A program made the translations under genes and the position numbers. A stretch of 33,856 nucleotides of DNA, from positions 1-33,856 of IMG/VR virus record IMGVR_UViG_3300020044_004600. The stretch is one strand, 5' to 3'. A model generated the notes under the pieces. That model ran no database searches. It was not told the DNA's origin and worked only from the letters and a program-made list of their open reading frames with translations. Every line of letters begins with the position of its first letter. Positions within the stretch are counted from its first letter, which is position 1. The DNA is from a virus. Lineage: Duplodnaviria > Caudoviricetes. Positions 23,763 to 32,271 of this stretch are shown piece after piece.

Positions 23763-25829
23763 TCATCTGACAACAGGCTGCACTTGTTCGCCAACTGCTG
23801 CTTGTTCCAGCGCCTCGATTGTGGTCAATGCGATGTTCTGATCAATCTCGCTGGCCTTGGCAATGGTCTCGGCCGTCTGGGCGCGTTTGAGTTCTGCGCT
23901 TGCGATGGTTTCCACTGTGTCGGCGCGTGCCCTGGCAGCCTTGGCCACCGCTTCTTCGGCCGCGGCCTGCAAGAAGATGGCGTTCGGGTCTTGCTGTTGG
24001 CCAGCTGCTTGCATCTCGGCCATAAGTGCTTCGGCTTCTGCGTCTGTCGGTTTGACCACGCCCATGCGAATCAGGCGCTTGCGGAAGTAATCCTGCACGT
24101 CGCCAACGCCCTCGCCTTCCATGTTCATCATGGCCATGGCACCGAGAACCTGCAAGGTTTCTGGGTCTTGGGTGATCTGCATCATGCCGGTCAGGGCACG
24201 CACGGTGGCCGCACGCTTTGAGCTGGAGGACGGGCCGACGTCCACATCCACATCGAACTTGGCAGCACCCAGGTCGTTGGCCATCTTGACCTCTCCGGTC
24301 TCCTGGTCGATGGTCGGCTGCATCAAGGTCACTGAGTCGGTGTCGCCGTTGTCGGTGATCACCTTCATCTGGCGGCCTTCCTCGATGTAGACGTCCTTGG
24401 CCATGCTCAGCCATATTTCGCCGCAGCGCTTCATGGCCTTGGCGAAGTTGCTCATGTAGATGAACGTCTGCATGTCCAGGCGCTGCTGGATCATCTCCAC
24501 GGCCTTGCCTGACACATTGCTGACGACCTTCTCGCCTGCCTGCGGGTTGCCCAGAATGTCCTGCATATCCTGCTCGGTCACCTGTAGCAGGGCTGCCATA
24601 GCCGGAGGGATTGCAGGGCTGCGGGTGTAAGCCACCGGGCCGCTGATAGCCTGGCTGCCATCTGCATTGGTGATCGGGTTGATCAGCAGGTAAGGGTAAT
24701 CCTTGAGGTTGTCCTCTGCCCACATGAGCTGGTGGCCAGCGATCTGCTCCGGAGTGAGGATTGGCTTCTCGACGCTGGACAGGGCGCTGATTTCGCCCAG
24801 CTTGGACAGCTGCATGTTCTTGAGGCGCTGCGCGTCCTTGGCCAGGCGCACGTGGCCCATGCAACGCTCGACGTTGTCCACAAACCAGCGCTTGCCATAG
24901 ACCGGCACGATGGGGATGCATTTGCCTGCGATGTAGCCAGCATCCTCAAGGATGCGGCCGCCGGACATGATGTACTTGTGCACCTTGCGCGACTTGATCT
25001 TGCGCTGGCGAACCTCGACGCTGCCAATGGCGGCCAAGGTCTCTTCCAGATTCGGGTCTTCGGTGAAATCGCTGGACTTGTAGCGCTCCTCGGTGCCATC
25101 GATGGCGCGGAAGATGCGAATGGTCTCGGTGACGTCTTCGACCTTGTAGTATTCCGCGATGTAGACCACATCGGGCGTGCACCAGTCGAACTCGTACTGG
25201 TGGATGATCTTTGGCCAGTCGGTCGGGTCGTCGTTCCACTCTTCCTTGTAGGACTCGTAGGTCATCGAGTAGATGACGTAACAAAAACGGGCGTCGGCCT
25301 TGTCCTGGCGCTTGGCGTTCAGGTCAAAGAACACGGAGCTGTCGGCATCAAAGATCGGCTCGATCTGGATGCGCTGGCGCTCGTTGTCCTCGTCCTCGTC
25401 GTCCTCATAGGTAGTGCGCAGACGCCAGGCACCAAAGCCACCGCCAACAGCTTCCTCGAAGGCGTTGTCGTAAGCCTCGTTGGCCACGCTGTCGTGCTCG
25501 TCGGCACGGTACAGGCCATCGCAGGTATCGGCCAGCTTGTCGTTTTCCGCACCGTCCTTGGACACGAAGTCCACGGTAATCCGGTTGTTGCGGTATTCCG
25601 AGATGATGCGCATGACCGCCAGGGCGATCTTGTTCACCTCGAACTTGGGCTTGTTCTCGTAGATGTCCCAAAGTGGGCCTTCCCATTGAGCACCGGCCAG
25701 CGAATAGAAGCGCCGGTCTTGCAAGCACTGAAGGCGCTCGTCACGCAGCGCCGTTTGGACGTTGTCAAACTGTGAGAGCGCTTCTGCGTGGAGATTAGCC
25801 AGTCGCTGCTCTTTGGAAATGCGTGCCAT
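23763..25829 (-). CDS. P22-like portal protein
   Basis: 688 aa; GAQWE, IPIVPVYG, GHVRLAKDAQR, SGKAV, DVGPS. Confidence 0.95.
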   Translation of the reverse strand: MARISKEQRLANLHAEALSQFDNVQTALRDERLQCLQDRRFYSLAGAQWEGPLWDIYENKPKFEVNKIALAVMRIISEYRNNRITVDFVSKDGAENDKLADTCDGLYRADEHDSVANEAYDNAFEEAVGGGFGAWRLRTTYEDDEDEDNERQRIQIEPIFDADSSVFFDLNAKRQDKADARFCYVIYSMTYESYKEEWNDDPTDWPKIIHQYEFDWCTPDVVYIAEYYKVEDVTETIRIFRAIDGTEERYKSSDFTEDPNLEETLAAIGSVEVRQRKIKSRKVHKYIMSGGRILEDAGYIAGKCIPIVPVYGKRWFVDNVERCMGHVRLAKDAQRLKNMQLSKLGEISALSSVEKPILTPEQIAGHQLMWAEDNLKDYPYLLINPITNADGSQAISGPVAYTRSPAIPPAMAALLQVTEQDMQDILGNPQAGEKVVSNVSGKAVEMIQQRLDMQTFIYMSNFAKAMKRCGEIWLSMAKDVYIEEGRQMKVITDNGDTDSVTLMQPTIDQETGEVKMANDLGAAKFDVDVDVGPSSSSKRAATVRALTGMMQITQDPETLQVLGAMAMMNMEGEGVGDVQDYFRKRLIRMGVVKPTDAEAEALMAEMQAAGQQQDPNAIFLQAAAEEAVAKAARARADTVETIASAELKRAQTAETIAKASEIDQNIALTTIEALEQAAVGEQVQPVVR

Positions 25830-25856
25830 ATTTTTGCCCTCGTTTCAAGTATTTTC

Positions 25857-27323
25857 TCACCATTTCGACACGTTCGGCAATGGCTTGACCATGGCTGCCT
25901 TGTTTGCGGGTATGCGCTGCACCAAGTTGATGGCGTCGAACATGGGGTCGAGCTGGTCGTCGTGTGCGCCAGACGGGAAAGCGGCCACCTCGGCCAGGAA
26001 ATCGGACAGCCAGGGCGCGTCGTGCGGCAGTAGGACGTTGCCAGACTCGATGAACGGGGCTGCGTCATACCCTCGGCTGATCTTGTCCTTGTTGCGCTGC
26101 ACGGCCACCACTGGAATGCCCTCGCGCCGGAAGGTCTGGATCAGGCCGGTGCCCGACACCTTGTCTTCCACGTACATGCCGCGCATGGCGGAGCCTTGGG
26201 CCACGGGCCGCTGGTCGTTCAGGTGCTTGAGCCAGAATGCCCTGGCCTGCACCAACAGCTCGGGGGCCTCCCACTTGCCGCGCACCTGGTCGAGCTTGAC
26301 GGCCTGGCCAATGCTTGAGCGTGCCCAACACTGCAGCACCGTCCAGTCGTTGTGGTCGGCAGTCTTTTGGGCCGTGTCCACGGTCAGGAAGCGGAACTCG
26401 AGCTGCGGAATGCTTGACCAGAACTTAAACCAGTCGGTGTTGATGATGCCGCCGCCTCGGGGTGCTGGCCGCTGTTGCAGCTGCCCGGCTGTACCGTAGG
26501 TGCCCAAGGTCTGCTCCAGTTCGGTGACCTGAACTTCACCAAAGCGCTCGGGGAACATCAGTTCACCTTCCTCGGTGCGCGGGTCTGTCCAGCCGATGCT
26601 AGTGGTACAGCGGAAGGCAGGCTCAAAGCGCATCGGGATGCACAGGTGCACATAGGGCAGGCCCATGTCCTTGATGACGCCGGAGATGTCCTTCTCGTTC
26701 AGGCGCTGCATGATGACCACGATGGCCGACTTATCGGAGTTGACGCGGGTCGGCAACGTCTCGGTGAAGGCGATCTTGGCCGCCTCCAGCTTGGCCTGGC
26801 TGTTGGCGTTGTCGGCGCTGATCGGGTCGTCCAGGATGACGCGGTCGCCACGCACGCCAGTCATGGACGTGAAGGCACGGGCCTGGCGCACGCCTTTGCG
26901 GGTATTCCCGAACTCGCGCTTTCCGTCCAGGTCGGCCAGCAGCTCGATCGGCCAGAGCTTCTGGAACCAGTCGGACTTGATCAGGTCGCGGCAGCGTCGG
27001 CTGTCCCGGATGGCCAGCTGCTCTTCATGGGCTGTTCCGACAAAGCGCATTTCGGGCATGTCCCGAGGGCCCCACTCCCAGGCTGGCCAGATCACGCCGG
27101 TCAGCAGTGACTTCATGGAGCCGGGTGGCACGTTCATCAGCAGGCGGTTGATCTCGCCCTTGGTCACGGCCTCCAGGTGCAGGCATATGGCATCCAGTGC
27201 CCAGCCCCACTTCAGCTCGGCAGCCGGTTCAAGCACGCGCCAGGCACGCTTGGCAAACTCGGCCAGACTGCGCCTGCACAGCTCGCGCTCAATGGCCAGC
27301 AGGTCAGCTTCGGTCAGTAACAT
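25857..27323 (-). CDS. terL: Terminase large subunit
   Basis: NVPPGSMKS Walker A, ILDDP Walker B, TVDTA and FPSGAHDDQLD nuclease motifs; start MLLTEAD. Confidence 0.95.
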   Translation of the reverse strand: MLLTEADLLAIERELCRRSLAEFAKRAWRVLEPAAELKWGWALDAICLHLEAVTKGEINRLLMNVPPGSMKSLLTGVIWPAWEWGPRDMPEMRFVGTAHEEQLAIRDSRRCRDLIKSDWFQKLWPIELLADLDGKREFGNTRKGVRQARAFTSMTGVRGDRVILDDPISADNANSQAKLEAAKIAFTETLPTRVNSDKSAIVVIMQRLNEKDISGVIKDMGLPYVHLCIPMRFEPAFRCTTSIGWTDPRTEEGELMFPERFGEVQVTELEQTLGTYGTAGQLQQRPAPRGGGIINTDWFKFWSSIPQLEFRFLTVDTAQKTADHNDWTVLQCWARSSIGQAVKLDQVRGKWEAPELLVQARAFWLKHLNDQRPVAQGSAMRGMYVEDKVSGTGLIQTFRREGIPVVAVQRNKDKISRGYDAAPFIESGNVLLPHDAPWLSDFLAEVAAFPSGAHDDQLDPMFDAINLVQRIPANKAAMVKPLPNVSKW

Positions 27324-27801
27324 CGTCTTTGGCCGCGATGATCTGCGCCAGCACGTCTGTGGACAACTTGGAGGCGTCAATTGTCTGCACTTGCAGCGGG
27401 TTTTCCTTGTCGCCTGCCAACTCCAGCCGGTCGCCGTACTTTTTCGGGGCCAACTTGGAAAGCAGCCACTTTCGGCTGTCCACTTGCAATTTGCGCTGCT
27501 GAATGGCCTGCCAGTCGCGCTTTCCGTCTCCAGTCTCAGGAACGTCGCTGTCGGCCAGCTCCAGCACCTCATTCGCCATTCGCTCGATCAGGTCTTCCCT
27601 CGCGTGCGCGTACCTCTCCGCAAGTTTCGCGTCAGCATCCACCCATCGCATGAAAGTGCTGTTCGGCACTCCAGCTGCCTGGCAGGCTTTGAAGCAGCTC
27701 AGGCCACCAATGGCCATGCCATCCAGCACGTTCTGGATGATCTCGTCCTTTGTTGGCTTGCTCTCTGGTTTGGGTGCTTGTTTTGGTTTTTTCGTGGCCA
27801 T
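27304..27801 (-). CDS. terS: Terminase small subunit (Sf6-like)
   Basis: HTH then KLQVDSRKWLLSKLAPKKYGD. Confidence 0.92.
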   Translation of the reverse strand: MATKKPKQAPKPESKPTKDEIIQNVLDGMAIGGLSCFKACQAAGVPNSTFMRWVDADAKLAERYAHAREDLIERMANEVLELADSDVPETGDGKRDWQAIQQRKLQVDSRKWLLSKLAPKKYGDRLELAGDKENPLQVQTIDASKLSTDVLAQIIAAKDDVTDRS

Positions 27802-27804
27802 GAC

Positions 27805-28290
27805 TTACCTCGCCAATCCTGCAAACGGGTTTGAAAACTGTTTCCAGCATTTGTTCAGTCGGATTCGGCTGATGTGCTTTTCGTCCACCTGAAACTTTGC
27901 GGCCATGGCGCGGCCTGTCTCGTTGCTTGTCCTGATTTCGTCCACGGCTTCGGATGTAAGTTTCGCGTATTTTTTGCGCTTTGTCTCTGCGATCTTGGCG
28001 CTTCGGACTGGGCCGGACATCATGCCAAGTGCTCCAAGTTGCTTTCCGAGTCGCTTGTATGTCGTCAGCTCCATATGCTCAGGATGGATGCACTTCGGTG
28101 TCTCGCAGGTCATGCGGATGATCTTGCCATCAGGGATTTCCCCATGCGCGTCAGTCCAGATGGCTCGGCGCACAAGAACGGTCTTGCCATCTTTGCGCAT
28201 GGCTGGATGCCCATTGCAGCACGAGAATCGCCAGACTGCGCAGCCTGCATCATCACGGGTTCGGTGCTGAATGTCGGTGAAAAGGCCCAT
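27805..28290 (-). CDS. Degenerate HNH (Zn-binding loop) plus C-terminal HTH
   Basis: GCAVW...RRAIW...GEIPDG...RMTCETPKCIHPEHM; AKLT...EIR HTH. Confidence 0.75.
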   Translation of the reverse strand: MGLFTDIQHRTRDDAGCAVWRFSCCNGHPAMRKDGKTVLVRRAIWTDAHGEIPDGKIIRMTCETPKCIHPEHMELTTYKRLGKQLGALGMMSGPVRSAKIAETKRKKYAKLTSEAVDEIRTSNETGRAMAAKFQVDEKHISRIRLNKCWKQFSNPFAGLAR

Positions 28291-28292
28291 AG

Positions 28293-28799
28293 TCAAACGT
28301 GCTTCCAAGTCTTGCGCGTTATCACTTGCGCGATGGTCATCAGGCTTACGCCATACTCTGTCGCCAGCTTGGCATAGCTGATCTGAGGCGATCTTGCGCG
28401 GATTTCCAGCACTTGATCTTCGGTAAGTTTTGCGCACCAAATCTGCACGCCTTTGGGCTGCGTTCCGTGTCCGACTTTGTGGGAATTGTTCTCAACTGGC
28501 GTGGCGTAGGCCAAATTGGTCAAACGGTTGCTGGTCTGGTCGCCATCCAAGTGCGCAACCTCCATGCCTTCCGGGCAGTCACCACAGAAAGCCTGCATCA
28601 CTGCGCGGTGGACTTTCCACTGCTTGACCTTGCCATCCTTGCGAGCGTTGAACACCATGCGGCCACAATGATCCAAGCACGGCCTGAGCTGGCGCATTGG
28701 CCGCGTGCCTTTGCCAGGGCTGATGCGCCTCACATTCCCATGGTCTGAGACCTCATAGGCCTCGAATCCGGGTAGTTGCTTCCAGTTTTCTGCGTCCAT
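28293..28799 (-). CDS. NUMOD4-HNH homing endonuclease
   Basis: ENWKQLPGFEAYEVSDHGNVR; VHRAV..AF...AHLDG...NRLTNLAY. Confidence 0.92.
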   Translation of the reverse strand: MDAENWKQLPGFEAYEVSDHGNVRRISPGKGTRPMRQLRPCLDHCGRMVFNARKDGKVKQWKVHRAVMQAFCGDCPEGMEVAHLDGDQTSNRLTNLAYATPVENNSHKVGHGTQPKGVQIWCAKLTEDQVLEIRARSPQISYAKLATEYGVSLMTIAQVITRKTWKHV

Positions 28800-28835
28800 G
28801 CAACCATTATAAAGCATGGCCGCAACTGTTTTCAA
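28791..28835 (-). promoter_or_regulatory. TTGAAA-18-TATAAT promoter giving leaderless mRNA, inside a start-codon-sequestering hairpin
   Basis: -10 at 28806-28811, 6 nt before ATG; TGCGGCCATGC pairs with GCATGGACGCA (1 mismatch). Confidence 0.75.
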
Positions 28836-29170
28836 TGGGTTATTTCAACTTCTACGAATCCGCCGACCGTCTCGCCCTTGCGAATGGTCAGCGTCCAGTG
28901 TTTGTCGTCTACCTTGAGCACGTCGGCCAGGCCATCAAGCCCGGCTTTCATACGTGCCAGGGCGTTGTCCAGGTCGTACTGCCTGCGGGTTGGCGGTACA
29001 AAGGTGATGGTCAGGTGCAGGCTGGCGGACTGGATCGGGCGTGCGCCTTGCTCCATGGCCTGCCAGAAACAGGCCTCGCGGTACTGCTTTTTGAGCTTAG
29101 CGGTCTTGGCCCAGTGGTTTCTGGCGTTCGGGGACAGGCCGGTGGGTGGCCATGGCAGCTTGATGATCAT
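28832..29170 (-). CDS. rusA: RusA-like Holliday junction resolvase
   Basis: LPWPP..LSPN, RRQYDLDN...KAGLDGLAD...DD. Confidence 0.85.
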   Translation of the reverse strand: MIIKLPWPPTGLSPNARNHWAKTAKLKKQYREACFWQAMEQGARPIQSASLHLTITFVPPTRRQYDLDNALARMKAGLDGLADVLKVDDKHWTLTIRKGETVGGFVEVEITH

Positions 29171-29283
29171 TTCCACCTCGTCCAGATCAGCCAAGCGTAC
29201 AGCGCCAGGACAGCCCACCACTGGCCAAGTGCAACAAGTGCAATGGTCAGCAGGACGGGCCACAGGGTTTCAAGCTGCTCCAT
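29167..29283 (-). CDS. Small membrane protein (38 aa)
   Basis: MEQLETLWPVLLTIALVALGQWWAVLALYAWLIWTRWK; overlaps neighbours. Confidence 0.55.
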   Translation of the reverse strand: MEQLETLWPVLLTIALVALGQWWAVLALYAWLIWTRWK

Positions 29284-29551
29284 TGTCGCCTTCCAGCCGG
29301 TCGGCCACCAGGGTGGCGTAGCCTGCGATGTCGATCCAGTTGTCGGCATAGTTCGGGTCGCCGTTGATGATCCTGGCGATCTTGTGGGCAATCATGTCCA
29401 AGGCCTCAAGCTGGTCGTGATCGAGCTCCTTGCCGCGAGCTTTGGCGGCCGAGTGAATCACCTGCTTAAGCACCTGGCTGATTTCGGCATGGCCTTTGAA
29501 GCTGCCGTAGCGCTCCTGGCGTCCAGCCAGCATTTCGTTGATGTCGGTCAT
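29270..29551 (-). CDS. DUF6378-like domain protein
   Basis: RQERYGSF...KIARI...DNWIDIAGYATL. Confidence 0.8.
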   Translation of the reverse strand: MTDINEMLAGRQERYGSFKGHAEISQVLKQVIHSAAKARGKELDHDQLEALDMIAHKIARIINGDPNYADNWIDIAGYATLVADRLEGDNGAA

Positions 29552-29829
29552 TTCAGTCGCTCCAGTGTATCGGCCAAAAGGTCGGCCTCGTTAAATCCGT
29601 AGTGCTTGGCAAAGCCCTTGGTGCCAAGGCCGTGCACGCCTGTGTTGCCTCGGTGGTGTTCCGGGCACAGCGGGATGACGTCCATGTGCTTGGCACGCTG
29701 GCCCATGCCGGTTCCGTGCCTGGGGTGGTGCAGCTCGGCCGGTGTCGCGCCGTAGCCGAGGCGGTGGCACACAGCGCAGCCCAGCTCAGCAACGCGGCTC
29801 ATGTGCTTGCGTTCTGCGATTGTGGTCAT
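29548..29829 (-). CDS. Ref-family recombination enhancement nuclease
   Basis: LGCAVC...AELHH.R.G.GMGQR...VIPLCPEHH. Confidence 0.85.
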   Translation of the reverse strand: MTTIAERKHMSRVAELGCAVCHRLGYGATPAELHHPRHGTGMGQRAKHMDVIPLCPEHHRGNTGVHGLGTKGFAKHYGFNEADLLADTLERLK

Positions 29830-30050
29830 TTCGTGGCGCTCCTTGCTCGGATGTTGGCGGCGCAGTGATCGCAACCAACTGCCTCCAGTCGCTTCGCACA
29901 CGCCTCACGCTCTGCGGCGGCGACAAGGGCGGCAAAACGTTCCATGCGTTCGCACCATCTTTTCGTTTCCTGCGGGTAGTGCTGACACCAGCGATCAAAA
30001 TCTTCGAAACCAGCCTCCCGCGCCATGCGGATAATGTCTTCTCGGTTCAT
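29826..30050 (-). CDS. Hypothetical phage protein
   Basis: MNREDIIRMAREAG...FAALVAAAEREACAK; ATGA coupling. Confidence 0.7.
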   Translation of the reverse strand: MNREDIIRMAREAGFEDFDRWCQHYPQETKRWCERMERFAALVAAAEREACAKRLEAVGCDHCAANIRARSATK

Positions 30051-30484
30051 GTGATCTCTCCAGTCTCGGGGTCGACATATTCTGGCGCGGTGAAGCGCAC
30101 ACCCTGCTGCGCACCGAAGGCCTCAATCAATTGCTGCAGCTCGCTCATCTCGGGCTTGGTCATCTTGCTGGTGGACTTGCCGAGCACCACAAAGCCGCCA
30201 TCGATGCCAGGCACGACGTCCTGCTTGGCCAGGCTGGCGGTGAAAACGTGCTTCCATTCCTCTTGGGACAGCTTGCGGCCATACCAGTCAACCTGCTTGC
30301 TGACGTCGGTCAACATCGCCCACAAACGCGCATTTTGTGCAAGCGTGCGGGTTTCGGGTTTGATCTCGACCACCACCCGCTGGCCAGCCATCAGCATGGA
30401 CTTAAGCAGCGGCCAAAGCTGCAGGGTGATGATTTTGTGGGCCTGCACCGGCTCCCACAGCGTGAATCGTTGGCGTTCGGTCAT
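30047..30484 (-). CDS. ninB: NinB recombination protein
   Basis: RTLAQNARLWAMLTDVSKQVDWYG..LS.EEWK. Confidence 0.92.
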   Translation of the reverse strand: MTERQRFTLWEPVQAHKIITLQLWPLLKSMLMAGQRVVVEIKPETRTLAQNARLWAMLTDVSKQVDWYGRKLSQEEWKHVFTASLAKQDVVPGIDGGFVVLGKSTSKMTKPEMSELQQLIEAFGAQQGVRFTAPEYVDPETGEIT

Positions 30485-30485
30485 G

Positions 30486-30740
30486 TCAGGCACTCCCGGA
30501 CTGCGATCCAGCACTCGTCGAGGCTGAGGGGGGTTTCGTCAATGCCTGGGCGACGGATGCCAAGATGCGCTCCCGGCCAGGGTTCTGCGGGTATCGGGCA
30601 ATTGCTGCCAGCATCCCTGCTGCTGCTTGTTTGTTCGGCCTGGTGCTCAGCACAAGTCGGGTGCAGCACGACAGGCATCCAAAGTGATACTGGCCGGACA
30701 GCGGGTTCGTGGCGTGGGCTTGGCAGACTGTGCATGTCAT
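30486..30740 (-). CDS. Small Cys-rich hypothetical protein
   Basis: CTVC...CLSCC; GGAGG RBS, ATGA coupling. Confidence 0.6.
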   Translation of the reverse strand: MTCTVCQAHATNPLSGQYHFGCLSCCTRLVLSTRPNKQAAAGMLAAIARYPQNPGRERILASVAQALTKPPSASTSAGSQSGSA

Positions 30741-31267
30741 TCGCCCTCCTGGATTCTGAGCGCCTTCTTTGCGCACTCCAGGCTGCCGATGTTCACTCGG
30801 TCGCCAGCGGCTTGTCTGGCCAGCAGCTTGCGTGCCCAGTCGCGCCCGTCGTTCATAACCTCAAACTCCACCGGGCCGATGGGCTTGGCTTCTGGCGGTG
30901 GAAGTCTGCGCGGCTGGTCGTCGCTGAAAGTCTTGCGCGGCATCACAGCCTTGCAGATCGACTCAAACTGCGGAAGGTTTGGCGGAAATGCAGGGCACTC
31001 GTCGGCCAGGCGCTTGGCTGCCGTCTCGATGGTGTCCGGTGAATACTTGGCCAAGGCTGCCTCCCAAACCAGCATGGCGGCACGAATGCCCTTGTCCTTG
31101 CCGTTGGCGTCGCGCTCGCCGGTGGAAAACTTGGTGGTGAACAGGCTGCCGTAAGACCCGTGCAAAACGATGAACAACTTGCGGATCGTCGGGTTGTCGC
31201 CACGGGGTGCGGGTTGTTGGCCAGCGGTTTGGATGGCCTGGCTTGCCATTTCAGCGAGGTTATTCAT
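30737..31267 (-). CDS. Replication protein P-like helicase loader
   Basis: YG..F..KF, W...L, FPPNLPQF...C; downstream of the initiator. Confidence 0.7.
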   Translation of the reverse strand: MNNLAEMASQAIQTAGQQPAPRGDNPTIRKLFIVLHGSYGSLFTTKFSTGERDANGKDKGIRAAMLVWEAALAKYSPDTIETAAKRLADECPAFPPNLPQFESICKAVMPRKTFSDDQPRRLPPPEAKPIGPVEFEVMNDGRDWARKLLARQAAGDRVNIGSLECAKKALRIQEGE

Positions 31268-31952
31268 TGTCGAACACCCCATCAAAAATGGCTCGGGAGG
31301 CTGCAGCGTGTTTGTGCTCGTTCCGACCTTGTGCGCTGCGCGTGGCGGTCTGCCTGCGCACCCAGTTTCGCCAGGTTGCTGGCCAATCGGTTTTGACGCC
31401 CTTCTGGCCAGGCTGTGCAATCCAGTAATCCAGGAACTCAGCAAACACCGTCTGCGGGTCAAGGTCTGCGCGTTCTTGCCTGCAAAACCCAATCCACTCG
31501 TCTGGCAATTCAAAACCTGTTGGCAGGCGCGTGCCGCGCTGCGTCTTTGTTTTCTTGTGTTCTGGGTCTTGTGTTATGTGTCTTGTGTCTTGTGTAGCAT
31601 TGCTTTCGCTATGCGTTCGCATTGCATCTGCATCTTTGTGCTTACTCCACCTAGCCTTGGCGCTCTCGCTGGCCTTGGTCGACTTCTCGCCAGCCCTGGC
31701 AATCTCTTGGTCTGCCCGGTGGTTTGTCCATCCGTTCTCATTGCGAATGAAGAACTCCTGCAAAACGACCGCAATGCAGTCGGTATGCGTTCGCATCCTG
31801 ATCAGGCGTGCGATCTCGCTGGTTTCCAAAGGCAAAGGGGTTTCGTGAAGGTAGTACCAATCCAGCATGCGCCGGTAGGCTAAGTCTTCAAGGTCTGAGA
31901 GGTGTTCGGTGTGGCTTTTGTAGTCGCCAATATTGAACTGGTAATAGTGCAT
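31260..31952 (-). CDS. DUF1376/YdaU replication initiator
   Basis: MHYYQFNIGDY...HLS..E..AYRR.LD.YY; C-terminal FLDYW...DWPATWRNW. Confidence 0.9.
   Translation of the reverse strand: MHYYQFNIGDYKSHTEHLSDLEDLAYRRMLDWYYLHETPLPLETSEIARLIRMRTHTDCIAVVLQEFFIRNENGWTNHRADQEIARAGEKSTKASESAKARWSKHKDADAMRTHSESNATQDTRHITQDPEHKKTKTQRGTRLPTGFELPDEWIGFCRQERADLDPQTVFAEFLDYWIAQPGQKGVKTDWPATWRNWVRRQTATRSAQGRNEHKHAAASRAIFDGVFDNE
31554..31622. repeat. Six tandem 7-mers (CTTGTGT) plus TATGCGTTCGCAT; likely replication origin
   Basis: CTTGTGT at 31554, 31568, 31582, 31589 with two degenerate units between; 13-mer at 31610 and 31784. Confidence 0.7.
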
Positions 31953-31993
31953 TTTTTACCTTACTTCGTCGGTTTGCTTCACAAAAGAAACAG

Positions 31994-32038
31994 CGGCAGG
32001 ACGGTGAAGAATCGTCTTTTCGGGAGCTACCCTAGCCG
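31994..32038 (-). ncRNA. Three-stem leader RNA (C4/CI-like architecture), copy B
   Basis: CGGC..GCCG closing stem; GGG-TAGCT-CCC; GACG-ATTCTTCAC-CGTC; loop complementary to GTGAAG at 31977-31982. Confidence 0.65.
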
Positions 32039-32058
32039 TGTTCAACATTCACTTTACC

Positions 32059-32271
32059 TTAGGCCGCAGGCTCATTCAAGCTCTTTCGGTACATGGCACC
32101 AAACCTTTTATCAAGGGCTGGACGCCACCGAAAGGCCACGCCATTGATCAGCCAGGCCTGTACAGCCGGGCCACTTGGGGCACCGATGGCCTTGGCCACT
32201 GCCTTGTAGGAGCCGAGGCTCTTTCGGGCAAAGGCCAAGACTTGTGCATAGTATTGGTCGTCTTTGTTCAT
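32059..32271 (-). CDS. Cro-like HTH regulator, likely leaderless
   Basis: LGSYKAVAKAIG.PS.PAVQAW..NGV; TGtTACAGT 7 nt before ATG; no SD. Confidence 0.75.
   Translation of the reverse strand: MNKDDQYYAQVLAFARKSLGSYKAVAKAIGAPSGPAVQAWLINGVAFRWRPALDKRFGAMYRKSLNEPAA

Noticed and set aside
23740-25860. Shared late-promoter motif (GAGAAT, GAAAAT, GACAAT, CACAAT before late genes)
   Set aside because: Too short and degenerate to support without statistics
27324-27572. Extended terL N-terminus from the ORF track
   Set aside because: Lies within terS; ATG at 27323 gives a normal short overlap; no evidence for a frameshift fusion
31554-31595. CRISPR-like or contingency repeat
   Set aside because: 7-nt units without spacers, in frame within the initiator linker; better explained as origin repeats
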